A stretch of DNA of 63,937 nt, filler included, from Dugesia japonica (taxonomy: Eukaryota): assembly GCA_001938525.1 (NCBI GenBank). It is 6 parts of 6 records of this genome, joined end to end, with 100 filler letters (N's around TTAATTAATTAA, not from the genome) between each part and the next. Parts side by side here need not be neighbours in the genome. Positions count along the whole stretch, not along the records: positions 1 to 13,920 come from MQRL01583861.1; positions 14,021 to 24,287 come from MQRL01594337.1; positions 24,388 to 32,925 come from MQRL01492944.1; 3 more parts are not named here. The stretch is one strand, 5' to 3'. A model generated the notes under the pieces. The model searched no databases, had not been told where the DNA came from, and saw nothing but the letters and a program-made list of their open reading frames with translations. Both the position numbers and the translations under genes were made by a program. Of the stretch, positions 12,812-26,009 are shown piece after piece. Position 1 is the stretch's first letter, and each line of letters opens with the position of its first letter.

Positions 12812-13366
12812 CCCGTAACTGCTACTAGCCGCTCAATTTGGACTTTTNTTTTTTTGAATTTTGCTTTAATTTTTAGTTGCGCTATCATCTTTCGCTGTAT
12901 TTTCGCTTAACATAAATGTCAATTAATTAGTAATCACGCAATAGTATAAACGTGAATGTTATTAAGGTATTATAATTTTTCGTTTTATCCCGGTCAATTT
13001 TACTGTAAGTAGTAAGTACGTTAAAATTTATTGAGTATAGAAAAGCATTACATTGTTACATATTTTGCCATAACCCTGTTTGTTTACAATGTTCAAGAAA
13101 TATTTGCAAGGTATGTATTTGAATTTAAGCTTTCCAAATTTTGTATCTGATATGTTTATGTAGATTTGACAGACTTATTATTTTTTATTTAATTTTAATT
13201 ATTTTAAGAGTTCAGTTTTCTGTTGTAAACCATAAATGTCTTAAGAAAACGTTTTAGGTATATTTAATAATTACTTATAAAATCGTAGGAAATGAATTAT
13301 TTTTGTAGCCGTTCAATTTGACTTGATTTTAGTGAAAACTTATATCTTTATTGTAGCAGTTAAAGG
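12812..13366. mobile_element. piggyBac-like non-autonomous element
   Basis: TTAA|CCCGTAACTGCTAC on the left, GTAGCAGTTAAAGG on the right (flank CCAA rather than TTAA); internal repeat TAGCCG(C/T)TCAATTTG. Confidence 0.45.
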
Positions 13367-13920
13367 CCAAAACTTCAAAATCCAAGAAAAATAACAATAA
13401 TCGTTCATAATACAGTATTATAATATTCTTAATTCCAAAATACATCAGAAACATTTCGGCGATTTAGTATATACTTATATTACTTCTTTTAATCTTTTTC
13501 AATCCAATAATGTTTACTATTTATAACACGGATTTATATTTATTGCTTGTAACTAATTTAAAACTTAAACGGTTTTTATCATTGAACACACAAACATTAG
13601 ATAAAGAATATCCCATTTTCATATAAACAGTTTGACAATTATTGCTATAATAATTGTTTAATTAAATCATTTATTAAATTTTATTTTTCAATTAACATAA
13701 AAGTTAAGACAGAATAGATTTCTTTAGTTAGCTATCCGAATTTTCGACAGTTCTCCTGAACTTATTAAATAACGAATTTGACAATAACCGGAATCAGTAC
13801 TTCCAACTTTTTTATTTAAGGCAAAATAGTTAAAAAAAATTTTAAAAACTTATTTCGTACCCAAATTATTGTTATTGAAAAATTAAAAAACCAGACACTT
13901 TTGATTAACGTTTTTGACTT

Positions 13921-14020
13921 NNNNNNNNNNNNNNNNNNNNNNNNNNNNNNNNNNNNNNNNNNNNTTAATTAATTAANNNNNNNNNNNNNNNNNNNNNNNN
14001 NNNNNNNNNNNNNNNNNNNN
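13921..14020. other. Artificial contig-join spacer
   Basis: N44-TTAATTAATTAA-N44; stops in all six frames. Confidence 0.97.
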
Positions 14021-15052
14021 GACATCTGAATATCTTTGTTAAGAAGCATTTTTTTTCCAAGACGATATTTTTAATTAATCCAGTTACTTTTTTTCTTTTT
14101 CCTCTTGAGTTAAATAATATGAAATTCGAGTCGATAGCTGTTATCTGCGCACAGAGGTCTGAGCATTAAACTCTGAATTTTGAGATTTTTTTCCACCCCA
14201 AAACCTTATTTATATCATCGGGGGTTAAATTTGACGAATTTAAGTGAACCAACATTGCCTGAACTGAGTAATNNNNNNNNNNNNNNNNNNNNNNNNNNNN
14301 NNNNNNNNNNNNNNNNGAGGAAATTATTACCACAAATCATGGGAAATTGACCTTGTGAGTAAATAATTAATCAAGATTACAGTAATGTGGTCATTTCTTA
14401 CCAAATCATTCAGAAAATTTAAAAATTTGAAAGCAAATCCCCTTCATGTTCTTTCGATTGCTCTTTGATTGCTTCTTTTACTCTTTTTCCAATCCAATAA
14501 TTTTTACCATTAATTACAACAGATTTACATTTATTACTATTTATTAAATCTACCAAGCCTTTTAGCAGTCATTTATATAATAAATCTTTTTAAATTTGAA
14601 GTGAGCTTCTATTTTATATAATAAATATTTTTAAATTACAAAATATAGAATTTCATTATGGTTGACTCAATAAATGTACCATTACTAATTATTGATCAAG
14701 ATCATTATGAATCAATTTTAGATCATTACTTAATGATATTACCAGAATTGATAGATGAATATTCAAGATATGCTTTTGATTATATAATGAAGATTTAACT
14801 TTTGAAGAATTTGTTTTCCATTATGATGAAGATGATGTCTCAATGTTAGAACGTGTTAGAAATAAGATTCTTCAATGTTATAATCATTATTTAAAAGAAA
14901 AGTATGAAAATTCAAAATATGAAATACACTTTTGGGTTAAACATTAAAATGGAGATTTGGAAATTATACCAAAGGATAGAGCAATAGAATATGAAGAAAT
15001 CAAAAAACTTGAAGATCGAATGAAGTTGAGAAAATCAAAACGTTTAAATAAA

Positions 15053-15896
15053 CTAAAATAAATTATCCATCAATAATTCTTTTTCTNNNNNNNNNNNNNN
15101 NNNNNNNNNNNNNNNNNNCCAATGGTAATTTGTTTCAAAATCATATTCATCTTTGGAATGGAATATATTTGAAAATAAATCATGATAATCATTATATTTA
15201 TCTCTTTTACCCAACTTGAAGAATATAAAACAGTTGGAATTATTTCTTTTTGAATTTTTATCCAAATTATAATTTGTTTGAGCAATATATATTATATTAC
15301 AGTTATTATGTCTTCCTCTTGTAAAATAATATTTTTGAATCTGTTGATTTTTTTTCATTTACTACATCATCAAAGATTATTAAATTCTTCAAGTCTTTTG
15401 GTAATTTATCACATGGTAATATATTACTTGGTTTATTACTAATTGTTATTCGAATTCTATCTGGATAATATATTATCGGTTCAACATACTTTTTATTTAT
15501 AAACCATGAAATAATCTCGTGTGATAATTTGAAATCTAGAGGCACTAAATGTTGCTTTTCGAATATTTTTAATACATCTTGTTTTGATAATTCAGCTTCA
15601 AATCCATGTTTAATTAATTGAATTTCAAACTGATTAATAGTTGTACTAAATATTATTAGACTGTTGTAATCTATGAACTCTGGTGCCGCTTCCACTCCAC
15701 AAGTCACACTGCAAGAATCCTAAAGCATTCTCATTAATAAAACATTTTTACTACAACCCGATGATTTGATGATTAATAATCTAAATTGTGATGGAAATAT
15801 CTTTTGTTTAAATTTATTTGTTTATTTTTTCTATAAAAGTAGTTCCATGCTTGATACCACCTTTAACCCTATGTTTGATGCCATGTTTGACGCCAT
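15053..15896 (-). pseudogene. Polinton/Maverick genome-packaging ATPase (A32/FtsK-HerA family)
   Basis: Degenerate Walker A (LLIIKSSGCSKN), Walker B LIIFDD, FTRGRH arginine motif, IYIAQ...RNNSN; frameshifts and stops. Confidence 0.85.
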
Positions 15897-16452
15897 TTTA
15901 TAATAAAGTCTTTTGTAATTCATTATGATAAAATCTAGCAAGGATACTTTCTCCAGTTAAATCACTAATTCTATAAGTAAAAGGTTTTGTTTAATAGATT
16001 TTTATTATTACAAATATTTCAGCTGTCTATTTAGCTTAAATATTTTTTAAGAAAATATTTAAAAATGTATAATATTCAATACAATAAGAAAAATAGAACA
16101 ATACATCAAAATAGAAGTGTTGATGGAACATTTACATCTTTGATTAAACGATTTGAAGATCCTATTGAAAATCCTATTGAAGATCCTATTGAAGCTAATT
16201 TACAAATTCAAGTTAACACTTAATACTGAAATTAAAAAGCATAAACATAAACTTATTATAGATTATATGAGAATGCCTAATATAGAGTTTTGTAAACTAG
16301 TAGAAAAAGATATTCGTAATACTAAATAATCAATAAACAAACAACCATGAAATGAAGATCTTTAAATTTTTATCAACCATTTGTAAACAACCATGTTAGA
16401 CTAAAGTTTATACACTAAAGAATTTTATAAACAGATTATTGATTATATCTAG

Positions 16453-16794
16453 AGTAGTAGTGTAAGTACGAGTTTTCCTTCCCCTATTTTCATACCCCCC
16501 TGGCTACACATGACAATCTATAATTTATCCTCCACCAATCATCATCCACTAACCATCAACCACTAATCATCACATTTAGATTATCTACATTTAGAATATT
16601 AAATTTAGATTATCTACCGATATCCATCAACCATTGGCCAACAGATCATCGATTGGCGGTCACTAATTGAGATTAGTAGATTCAGATTATCTACTAATAC
16701 CCATCATTCATCATCCATCGGCTAATCTTTCGTCGAATGTCAGCCAGGGGGTTATGGGGGTGGGGGTGGGTAAACTCGTACTTACACTACTACT
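16453..16794. repeat. Inverted repeat with Polinton-like AGTAGT termini (342 bp span)
   Basis: AGTAGTAGTGTAAGTACGAGTTT at 16453-16475 and its exact reverse complement at 16772-16794; further pairing CCCCCTGGCT / AGCCAGGGGG; no TSD. Confidence 0.7.
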
Positions 16795-16899
16795 GAGGAT
16801 CATAATATGTTAGGTAGTTGTTCTTAGTATGAACGTTTTTAATTTATCATTTTACTTATTACTTAGTTCCTAAAAAGGCGCGTTCATTTTATTTCTAAT

Positions 16900-17650
16900 C
16901 CCTGGTGTCAGTTTAACAAAAGAATTTAAATGAAATAAAATCACATAAAATAAAAGAATTTCGGTTATGGAAAGTTATATTATTGTTAATTCCATCCACT
17001 AACACATTAAATTAAAATTACATCAATAAAACTAAAAACTAACATGGACTGCATCTCAATCTGGAGCAAGCAAATAGGGATCATCTCATTAGTTACTCCT
17101 TCAACCTGAGTCGGCAACCTTTGTAGAAATCAGGTAACGAGAGATTACCTTTAAGTAAAATTTTCCTAGTTGAATTTGCTTCACGTTTGGTTTCCAAATT
17201 TTTTGATTGACTTTTAGATAAGTTTTCGCTTCGGAATTTTTAAAAGTGTGTTTTGTCTGAAATTTAAACGGTATTTATATTGTTTCTCTTTACACCCTTG
17301 TTCCTTTTATTGGTTTTTTAACATCGTATGATTTTTCTAATGTTTATATTGGCTTGATCATCACAAGAGTTCTTTTTATTGGTGGTTATTTTAGGATTTC
17401 AAATTATTGGTCAATCTTCAAACCCTTGTACCTTTTTTCTGAGTCTTATTACGATTTTTTAACTTGGATTGTCGAAATCTCCGATTTTCTTTTGACCATA
17501 TTCTTCTTAATTGCTAATTTGTTTCCCTTGGGAAGTCGTTGTTTTTGCCATATTTCACAAAATATTTAATTTCCTTTTAAAAATAAATCATTTACATTTA
17601 TTCGATTTATTTTATTTAAATAAATAAATTATTTATTTTATTTTCTTCTT
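16900..17650 (-). mobile_element. Long-LTR family fragment
   Basis: Colinear similarity with 950-1610, including the CCAAT array. A further piece at 18490-18750 matches 1620-1890. Confidence 0.7.
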
Positions 17651-18769
17651 AATAAATATGTTGAGTTTACATAATACAAACAAATAAAAAACATAAACAT
17701 AACATGCAAAGCATACACATCAACAAAGCCCAAAGCTAACNNNNNNNNNNNNNNNNNNNNNNNNNNNNNNNNNNNNNAAATCAATCTGGAAAATCCCAAG
17801 CGGAACCAATCAATTTGAGTTATTCTGACATTGATTATTTAACTTATCAATCTTAGTTGTTTATCTGAACTACTAATTCAACAGTGTGGTTTTTAAGAGT
17901 GTACATTTTTAGTGGTTTTATTCTGAATTTATTTTATTTTATTTTATTTTATTTTATTTGGAAAAAACAATTATTATTTTTATTTTTATTTTGGAAAAAA
18001 CAATTTAATTTTTGTAAAGTTATTTTAAAAAAATAATTAAATTTTTGTAAAAAATATTTGAGAAATAAATTTTTATTGTAAATGTAGAATTATTTTCTGA
18101 GAATTTTATTGTAGGTGNNNNNNNNNNNNNNNNNNNNNNNNNNNNNNNNNNNNNNNNNNNNNNNNNNNNNNNNNNNNNNNNNNNNNNNNNNNNNNNNNNN
18201 NNNNNNNNNNNNNNNNNNNNNNNNNNNNNNNNNNNNNNNNNNNNNNNNNNNNNNNNNNNNNNNNNNNNNNNNNNNNNNNNNNNNNNNNNNNNNNNNNNNN
18301 NNAAAGGTTATTCTTATTTATTTATATAGGAATACACTATATTAGTTTATTTATATCATCACATATTGAATATATAATATTGTATAAACACACGATTGAC
18401 GAAAAAGAATTTAACACCCGTAAAATCATAATTATATATCTTTTTTCGAACCATAAAATCTTTTGTTGAGTTGTAATACCCAACAAATAATTTGATGTTC
18501 ATTTTTTCGTTTTCTGATCTGAAATTAATTTAAGTTTGTCGTTTTTTTTTAATTAATTAATTTAATTAATTCCTTTAATTTATTTTCTCTTTCTTCAATT
18601 ATTAGTTTAATATTATTTTCTTAGCTTTGCCTAATGAACTAATTGTTATTCATTATTTACTTTATCTGACTGATAGCTTCTACCACTACTTTCCTTCTTT
18701 TTGGCTTTCTTATTTCTGAGTTGTTTCTTGCTGTAACTTTAGATTTTCTAATCATTATTAATTCTTTAT

Positions 18770-19320
18770 TAAGCTTTACCTGATAGTACGCATTTCCCAA
18801 ATCTATTGAACTTAAATATTTGGCTTCATCTAATTTGTCCAGCATTTCATCGACATTAAGCATTGGAAAGGCTTGTCTTTTCGTTACTGCATTCAATTGT
18901 CTGAAATCCAAGCATATTCTTATGTCCTTCTTTCCCCTTTTCCAAACACAGATCAGTGAGGTTGCATTTCCGAATAATATTATTCTCGAAAAGGTTTTGG
19001 ATAGCTTCTTCAATTTTAGATTCTAAATTCATTGGTTATCTGTACGGTTTCACATGGATTGGTTCACCACTTGTGATTATTTTATGTCTTGTCAGATGTG
19101 TACTTCCTAAATCTCATTTATCTGCCATAAAAGCATCTTCTTTACTTTCAATTATTTTTAATAACCGTTGATTGTCTTCAATCTTTAAAGTATTTAAGGC
19201 TCTTGTCAATCGCTCTCCTTTTTTACTTTGTCTCCCAAATTTCGCTTCAATATTGCAAAAGCAATTTTCAACTTTTTCGTCAGTTTTGCTATTGATTTTC
19301 TGTATAAGCTGGTCGAGAAT
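18770..19320 (-). pseudogene. Gypsy RT fragment, same family as 5392-12027
   Basis: KKDIRICLDFRQLNAVTKRQAFPMLNVDEMLDKLDEAKYLSSIDLGNAYYQV, nearly identical to 7460-7620. Confidence 0.9.
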
Positions 19321-20380
19321 TTGTATTTCTGTCAAAATACATTTTTTTGATCGAATATTTTTTTTATTTTAATTAAAATGAGTATAAAAATTACATTGAA
19401 TTGCAAAATAAAATGAAATATAAATAAAAATATTTTAAGATTTAAAACGATTCAATAATTATATTTAGTAACATTTAAAAAATGTGTAAATACCAATAAA
19501 ATTTAAACTAATATAAATTAATTTTATTAACTGAATCTGGCTGATAAAGAAATTAAATATTTTTTTAAATGAGCTTGAACCTTAATAAATGTACTGAATA
19601 TTCATTAATCAGGTTTTCTGTGACCTTGCTATGTTTTACTAATTCATTTAATACAACTTTATTCACGGTAGTGCTAGATATTTGTAGTGTTCTATAATAT
19701 TTTTCACAAATCAATATCAACATAGTTTAAGATGCTTAAAATTTTTATTAGAAAATTTCAAGTAAAATTTTTTTTAAATTAATGAATTGCAAGCTATTTA
19801 ACAATAGAATCAGTGTAAATTTTACTTTCATAATTACAAATTGGCAATAGCTGAATCCAATAGAAATGAGGTTTTCATTCACAGTGATTCAATCAATAAA
19901 AAAGTAAATTGTTGATAATTTTATATATTAATGATTTCCAGAAGCTTGAATCATTCAAGAAAATTTGTTTTCAGTTGAAAATTTTCTTTAAAAGAACAAA
20001 GCGCGCTGAACCTGAATCAAATGCTGCAGATAATTCAAATATCATTTTAATCAATACTCGTAGACAAATAATTAATACAGAAATCTGATTCAATTGATTT
20101 GTAATTTCTATTTCATATCGGCACAACAGAGAGAATAATTTATCGATTGAAGAAATATTTCCAGCTTCATAAATTGGCAATAGTCGAATCGAATTATTCT
20201 GAATCATTTTGATAACTTTCAATGGTTTTTTGTCTTCAATTATTTTATTTGATATTATTGATAACAATGTTTATTTATTGATGGAAACTATTCAAATATG
20301 TTTATAACAAAATATTTTTTGTAATTTTACATGTATCAATTTTCCAGTTATTTCATTCAAGTAAAAGATTATATCAAAAT

Positions 20381-20613
20381 CAGTGGCGTAGTGAGTATAA
20401 CTGGTACCCCGAACCTCGCACCCCCTAAAACACGGTAACATAATATATAACAGTAATTCCCACACTTTGTCGGTTTTCAGAAACAATGCCAAAAATACTA
20501 TTAAATTTTTATTTGGATGCAGAAAATCTTCATTGTCTTGGGAACCATTTTGAGCCGCTCTGAAAGTAGCACCAGGGAAACGATAGACTACCTTTTCTCC
20601 CGCTACGCCACTG
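20381..20613. mobile_element. hAT-type MITE
   Basis: TIRs CAGTGGCGTAG / CTACGCCACTG; perfect 8-bp TSD ATCAAAAT at 20373-20380 and 20614-20621. Confidence 0.9.
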
Positions 20614-20879
20614 ATCAAAATGTTGATTTTTTTAATATTTTTTCTAAATTTTGTTAGTAGTTTACTTTTGTCTTCATCAATTATTAACTTTTTCATTTAT
20701 TATAATATTAGAAAACACTAGAAACAGGCTACGTTTCCACACTTCACAAGAAGAAACATGAAGAATTACTAATTAAACAAGATAAACGTAAAATTAATGC
20801 AATTTATCGTAATTAAATAAATTAACCAATGAAAATTCAATAAAGTCGATATGTTTATTAAAACAATCATAAAACCAAT

Positions 20880-22880
20880 GTTTTTAGGTAGTTTAATGTT
20901 ACCATATCAACAAACTCAGTAAGTTTCTTTATAGCAATTCTTAATGCTTCTTCATGAATCAGTAACAAATTATTTACTCGGTTTTCACTTGAGCCTGTGA
21001 TGATATCATGTACTGATAACATTGTTCCTTATTAGTTTGGAATCATTTTTTGATAAAAGTTCATTGTTCCAATAAATCTTCTTAACGTTTTGAATGTTCT
21101 TGGAACAAGCTTATTGCTGATTGCTTCAATCTTGGACTGTATTGACTTTATAGTTTTGGAAGAGATTTTAAAACCAAGAAATTCTACCTTGGACTTGTTG
21201 AACTGACATTTTTACGTGTTAATCTGAAGCTTGTTCCTACGTAAAACGTTCTTTATTAACTATAAGTGATTTTTATGTTTACTTGGACTCTTTGAATGAA
21301 TAAAAATGTCATCAATATATACCAAAGTAAATGTGCGACAGTCTTACAAACAATTGTTCATGTGTCGTTGGAATTTTTGTGAACCATTTTTCGGTCCAAA
21401 TGGCATACCTTTGTATTCAAATAATCTAAATGGAGTTATAATAGCCGTTTTATTAAGGTCTCTTTATTCATTGGGATTTGATGATACGCCTTTTTAAGAT
21501 CTGAAGTAGAAAAATAATGAACAACTTGTAACTCTGTCAAAATTGTCGCTTATTCTGGGCAATGGGTATTGGTTTGATTCTTGATTGCATAAAGCATTGA
21601 TAGTCTCTGAATGGTCGAACAGTTCCATCTTTCTTTTTGACAATTACAAGTAATTAAGCTCATTTGCTGTTAATGGGTTTAATAATATTATGACTATGCA
21701 TGTCATCAAACTATTTTTTTCACTTGACTGAGAACGATTCCTCCTAATCTGCAAACTCTTTGTTTTAAAGGTGCTCCAAACGTTTTGATTCTTAGGCAAG
21801 TTTGATTTTCTGTGCTTATAATATTGTTTTGTGTCCTTAGAATCCAATCGTTGTGACAGTCTACCAATATTCTGAAATTTGACAGGAAATCGGATTCTAA
21901 GATTAGTCAGCATACGTTAGTAACACTGAATAGCCACCTAAATAATGTTAATTTTATATAGATTCCAATGACTTTGTTTTAATTTGGATCTCAGCTGTTA
22001 GTTCTAGCGAGATCCGTTGGCTTTTCCTGAGCAATATTTGGTGAATTAAGAGCATGGTTGTTAGTATTTAACCACATATTTCCCAAATTTTTGATGATAA
22101 AAACAAATTGTTGGACGTAACCATTGATCGTATTTCAAAATTTATTAAAATAAAAGCTTCAATCAAAAAGGTTTTTTTTAATAATAATTCTAATCTTTGA
22201 CTTTGTCTTCGTCAGGAATTGACTTTTTCCATTGTTGACGAAGATAAAGTGGAAAATTATAATCAAAAAGAAATTTGAAGCTTTTATTTTAATGAATGAT
22301 AATAACCAAGTACTCTTAAATATATATAATTATTCAAATTTCTTGCTTTAATAGAATTGAAATCTTCTTGACTAATTGCTTGTGAGTAATTGAATTCTCT
22401 TAGTCATGATTTTTGATAATAGAGTTGAAAGAATGAGACTCTATTGCTAGCTCATTCAGAGTTTTAGTTTGGTATTGTAACAAATGATGATGAATATTGA
22501 TTTATACTGACTGCATAAATCTGTTTATGAGAAGATCTGACGTTTCTGGAATGTGTAAGCTCCTATAAAGTTTGAGATGGACGCTTATAAGATTCCATTT
22601 TTGAACTTGTAAGACGATCGGTAACCTATGTCATTAATATTGACGTTTTAATTAATATGGCTTGCTTTAAAGTTTCGTAAGGTTTATTAGCATGTGAATA
22701 TTTACCGTAGGAAACCATTTCTAGAATATCTGGAAGCAAGCTAATGAGAAGATGAAAATAATTTGTCCTTGAATTACGAATGTTGGAAAGCTCGAAAGCT
22801 GTATCTACTTGTGTGAACTAATTGAGTGGATTTAGAAAAAAATTAGTATTTTGCTCTAGGCGTGATTTTCTTCTTTGCTT
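20880..22880 (-). pseudogene. Decayed Gypsy gag-pol of a second lineage (CsRn1-like)
   Basis: Gag-like FTQVDTAF...KPYETLKQAIL...RPSQ; FRWLFSV; RT GLFEYKGMPFG, VYIDDIFIHS, KCQFNKSKVEFLG, LRRFIGTMNFY. Clade assignment is by motif recall only. Confidence 0.8.
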
Positions 22881-22939
22881 CTGACACAAAATAGTTTTAA
22901 TAGAACTTTAATTTGAAATAATAACCAATTTTCATATTC

Positions 22940-22950
22940 ATTATAATAAT

Positions 22951-23013
<63 letters not shown>

Positions 23014-23063
23014 NNNNNNNNNNNNNNNNNNNNNNNNNNNNNNNNNNNNNNNNNNNNNNNNNN

Positions 23064-23113
<50 letters not shown>
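22940..23113. repeat. (AAT)n microsatellite (with gap)
   Basis: Read directly. Confidence 0.97.
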
Positions 23114-23114
<1 letters not shown>

Positions 23115-23540
23115 CAAAGAAAAATGGCAATTTTTTATGAAAACTCTGAAACGCCATTTACATATATATTTTCGTATTTCATGTTTCAACAGAATATCTA
23201 TTATCTTCGGATACAATAATTTAAGTCTTCTTTTAAAATTCTTTACTAAAAAATATTTATTCTTTTTATAATTTTTTTAAAAAATGATTAAATATTAAAA
23301 GTACTGATTATGTAAACAATTATGCAATCTCTGTAATAAATCAAATTAATTAAAATTATTCAATAAAGATTGGAAAAGATCAGTTTGAACATTAATTTTT
23401 TGAATCAATTGATCAAATCATCAATGCTTCACACATAACTCTCTCCCAATAATTTTTAAAGTTTTGACACAAAATTCTAAAATTATTTATACTAACAACT
23501 GATAATCGGTCTGAGTATAATTTGTTAAGTGTGATTGCCA
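23114..23540 (-). mobile_element. Penelope-like element 3' end (GIY-YIG C-terminus and pLTR)
   Basis: NFRILCQNFKNYWERVMCEALMI...KINVQ, homologous to 33360-33510; abuts (AAT)n. Confidence 0.65.
23174..23214 (-). ncRNA. Degenerate minimal type I hammerhead ribozyme (Penelope pLTR)
   Basis: GTAT-CCGAAGA-T-AATAGA tat TCTGTT-GAAA-CATG-AA-ATAC: stems I and II pair; two core mismatches. Lies just 3' of a GIY-YIG tail. Confidence 0.45.
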
Positions 23541-23569
23541 ATAGGGAACGTTGGGCTTTGCTACGTCTA

Positions 23570-23690
23570 GTATACATTTTTTGTTTAATAATGAATGGTA
23601 CAAAAAGGTCGATGAAGCTGCTATGGGTTCACTTCTTGCTCCTACTTTAGCTTCTTTGTTTTTGTCAAATATTGAAATTGAAAATAATTA
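23570..23690 (+). pseudogene. Penelope-like RT fragment
   Basis: FLFNNEWYKKVDEAAMGSLLAPTLASLFLSNIE matches the PLE motif YxQxDGxAMGSPLxPxLA. Confidence 0.75.
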
Positions 23691-24287
23691 ATTGCCTTCT
23701 GTGTTCCTTCTTTTATTTAAATACCAAATAATCAGTTTGATTGTTAATAAAATCAATATATAGTTGTATGACTATAACTTGTACATTAATATATGGTTAT
23801 AATAGTATTCTATAGCTTTTTCGATGCTCAAAAATTTTAGGATAATCAATGGTTTTCTTAGTATTCTATAGTTTTGGATACTCTATGGTTTTCTAAGTAT
23901 TTTATAGCCTTTTAGAGTTTTTTATGGTTTCATGAATTTTATAGAATTTTAGTTGATACATTGTTTTCATGAAATATGATAGGTTTAACTGATTTATTAA
24001 GAGTTTCATAAAAACAAATGACAAAAGATTACAAACTGGATTAACTCATACAACAATTCCATCACTTATTAACCTAATATACACATTCTTCATACAGAAA
24101 ATTGTCATAATTAAACAATATTTTCTTCAAATTATAATCAAATTACAAATAAATAGACTGATTTTCATTAAAACATACTGGTTTTCATTAATTCCTAACA
24201 AATCACTTAAGTCAAGCAGTAATACACTAGATTCAATAGACTAATGACTTATACCAATAAAATATGCGTTAAGTATAATAAATCATA

Positions 24288-24387
24288 NNNNNNNNNNNNN
24301 NNNNNNNNNNNNNNNNNNNNNNNNNNNNNNNTTAATTAATTAANNNNNNNNNNNNNNNNNNNNNNNNNNNNNNNNNNNNNNNNNNNN
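24288..24387. other. Artificial contig-join spacer
   Basis: N44-TTAATTAATTAA-N44. Confidence 0.97.
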
Positions 24388-24465
24388 TCTTTATCAAATA
24401 CTCCAGTATTGGCATTCCCAAACAAATATGATCATTTTATTTTAGACACAGATGCATGTTTTAGC
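24388..24465 (+). pseudogene. Gypsy RT-connection/RNase H fragment
   Basis: TPVLAFPNKYDHFILDTDAC. Confidence 0.75.
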
Positions 24466-24469
24466 GGTA

Positions 24470-26000
24470 TTTTTAAAGGTCTCATAATTAAACTGTCTAT
24501 GATGTGTAAATGTTCCATTAATATGGTCAGAAAATGTGCCAAAGATGACTTATATGTGTTAAATAATATAAAATATGACATGTATTGCATAAGTAACAGT
24601 TGCGTTTGAATTCCTGACCATTTTGCGGATCTGAGTCAAGTCAATTATTGACGATGATGACTGATTGTTTTTAAACAATTGTAGTGGTGTTCAATGTCCG
24701 GATGTGAACGGACGGAAACACTGTTATCAGAGATGCACTTACTGTAAATCGAGCTTTAACTAGATAAAACTACACAAGCTGGTCGATAAGTTCAATTATG
24801 AGTGGACTCAAACGCGTGCTATGTGACCTTAATGAATTCGTTTTGTTGGAATTTAGTATTGCGGAGGAGGCAATGTAATGGTTTGGAAGAAAAACAAAAC
24901 CGTTACTGAATCAATATATGAAAATAATTAATAATTTATTGATTTAAACTATTTACTTATAAAAAAATTTAAAAAATGATTTAGTTCATATTTAAAAGCT
25001 CATAAAACCTTAAAGATATATACTTGAAACTCATTTTTGCAACGCAATAGCTGCATTTATGCAACGCACAAACATTTTAGGTCATAGTTACCTTTTGATA
25101 AAAAACTCAAATATACCGTTGAAACCAGAAAATTATCATCCGTCACCCATTCTGTCGCGATTTTCTTTTTAAAAAAATTAATTTTTGCACACACACACAC
25201 AAGTCCCGTCACATAGGAATTACTAAACCTTTTCACCATCATTTGTCCCCAGTGTTCCTCTTTAAATCAAAGCAACAATTATCAAATACAACAAACAATC
25301 GCCACACTGGAATCTACTAACTGAAATCCAAAAACACGTCACTGTAACCAACAAGAAACATTTGTAAAAAGTTATCAATATCATTAGATACAGACTTAAA
25401 AACTCTATTCAAATACAACATCGAAACCCAATAAAAATAAAAAAAAAGATAAAAAAGATTAAAAAAAAAAGTGTTCGGGTGAAACACTGGGTACGGAAAA
25501 TAAAAATGGCAGTAGAAAAAAATCGGAGATTTCGGAAATGAAAGTTAAAAAGTAGTAGCAAGACTGGGAAAGAAGATAGAAGGGTTTGAAGATTGACCAA
25601 TAATTTTGGAATCCGAAAATAACCAACAATAAAATGAACTCATGTGACGTTTAAGCCAAAGGAAAAGTTAGAAAAGTCGTACGATGTCAAGTAACCAATT
25701 AGAGGAACGAGGGTGTAAAGTAAAATAGTATCAATTTCAAACAGAGCTCACTCATAAATATTTCCGAAGCGAAAATTGATTCCAAAGTCAATCAAAAAAT
25801 TTTTGGAAACCAGACGTGAAGCAACTTCAACTACAATTATCCTTAAAGGTGAATGGGTGAAAACAAAAATTTGAAATTCCATCAATTAGACTTAATTAAA
25901 ACAAATCCATGGTGGATTGGTCAGCATGACCTCATTATTTTGAGTGGTCAATTCCACACACACTTACCTCGCACTCCCTGACCTCCCATAACCTCCTTCC
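24470..26000 (+). repeat. Unclassified dispersed repeat X (interrupted by a long-LTR piece at 25472-25850)
   Basis: Colinear reverse-complement similarity to 55800-56950, for example GGTGGATTGGTCAGCATGACCTCATTATTTTGA and CCATTTTGCGGATCTGAGTC. Confidence 0.8.
25472..25850 (+). mobile_element. Internally deleted long-LTR fragment
   Basis: Starts TGTTCGGGTGAAACAC; body matches the reverse complement of 1150-1460 and 17150-17500. Confidence 0.7.
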
Positions 26001-26009
26001 CTAATTTTT

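Noticed and set aside
20292-20696. 134-aa ORF spanning the MITE
   Set aside because: MITE plus TSD adds 241 bp, not a multiple of 3; the open frame is a chance chimera.
22897-23216. Poly-Tyr/Ile/Leu ORFs (also 39275-39821 and 59262-59471)
   Set aside because: Translations of (AAT)n microsatellites and N gaps.
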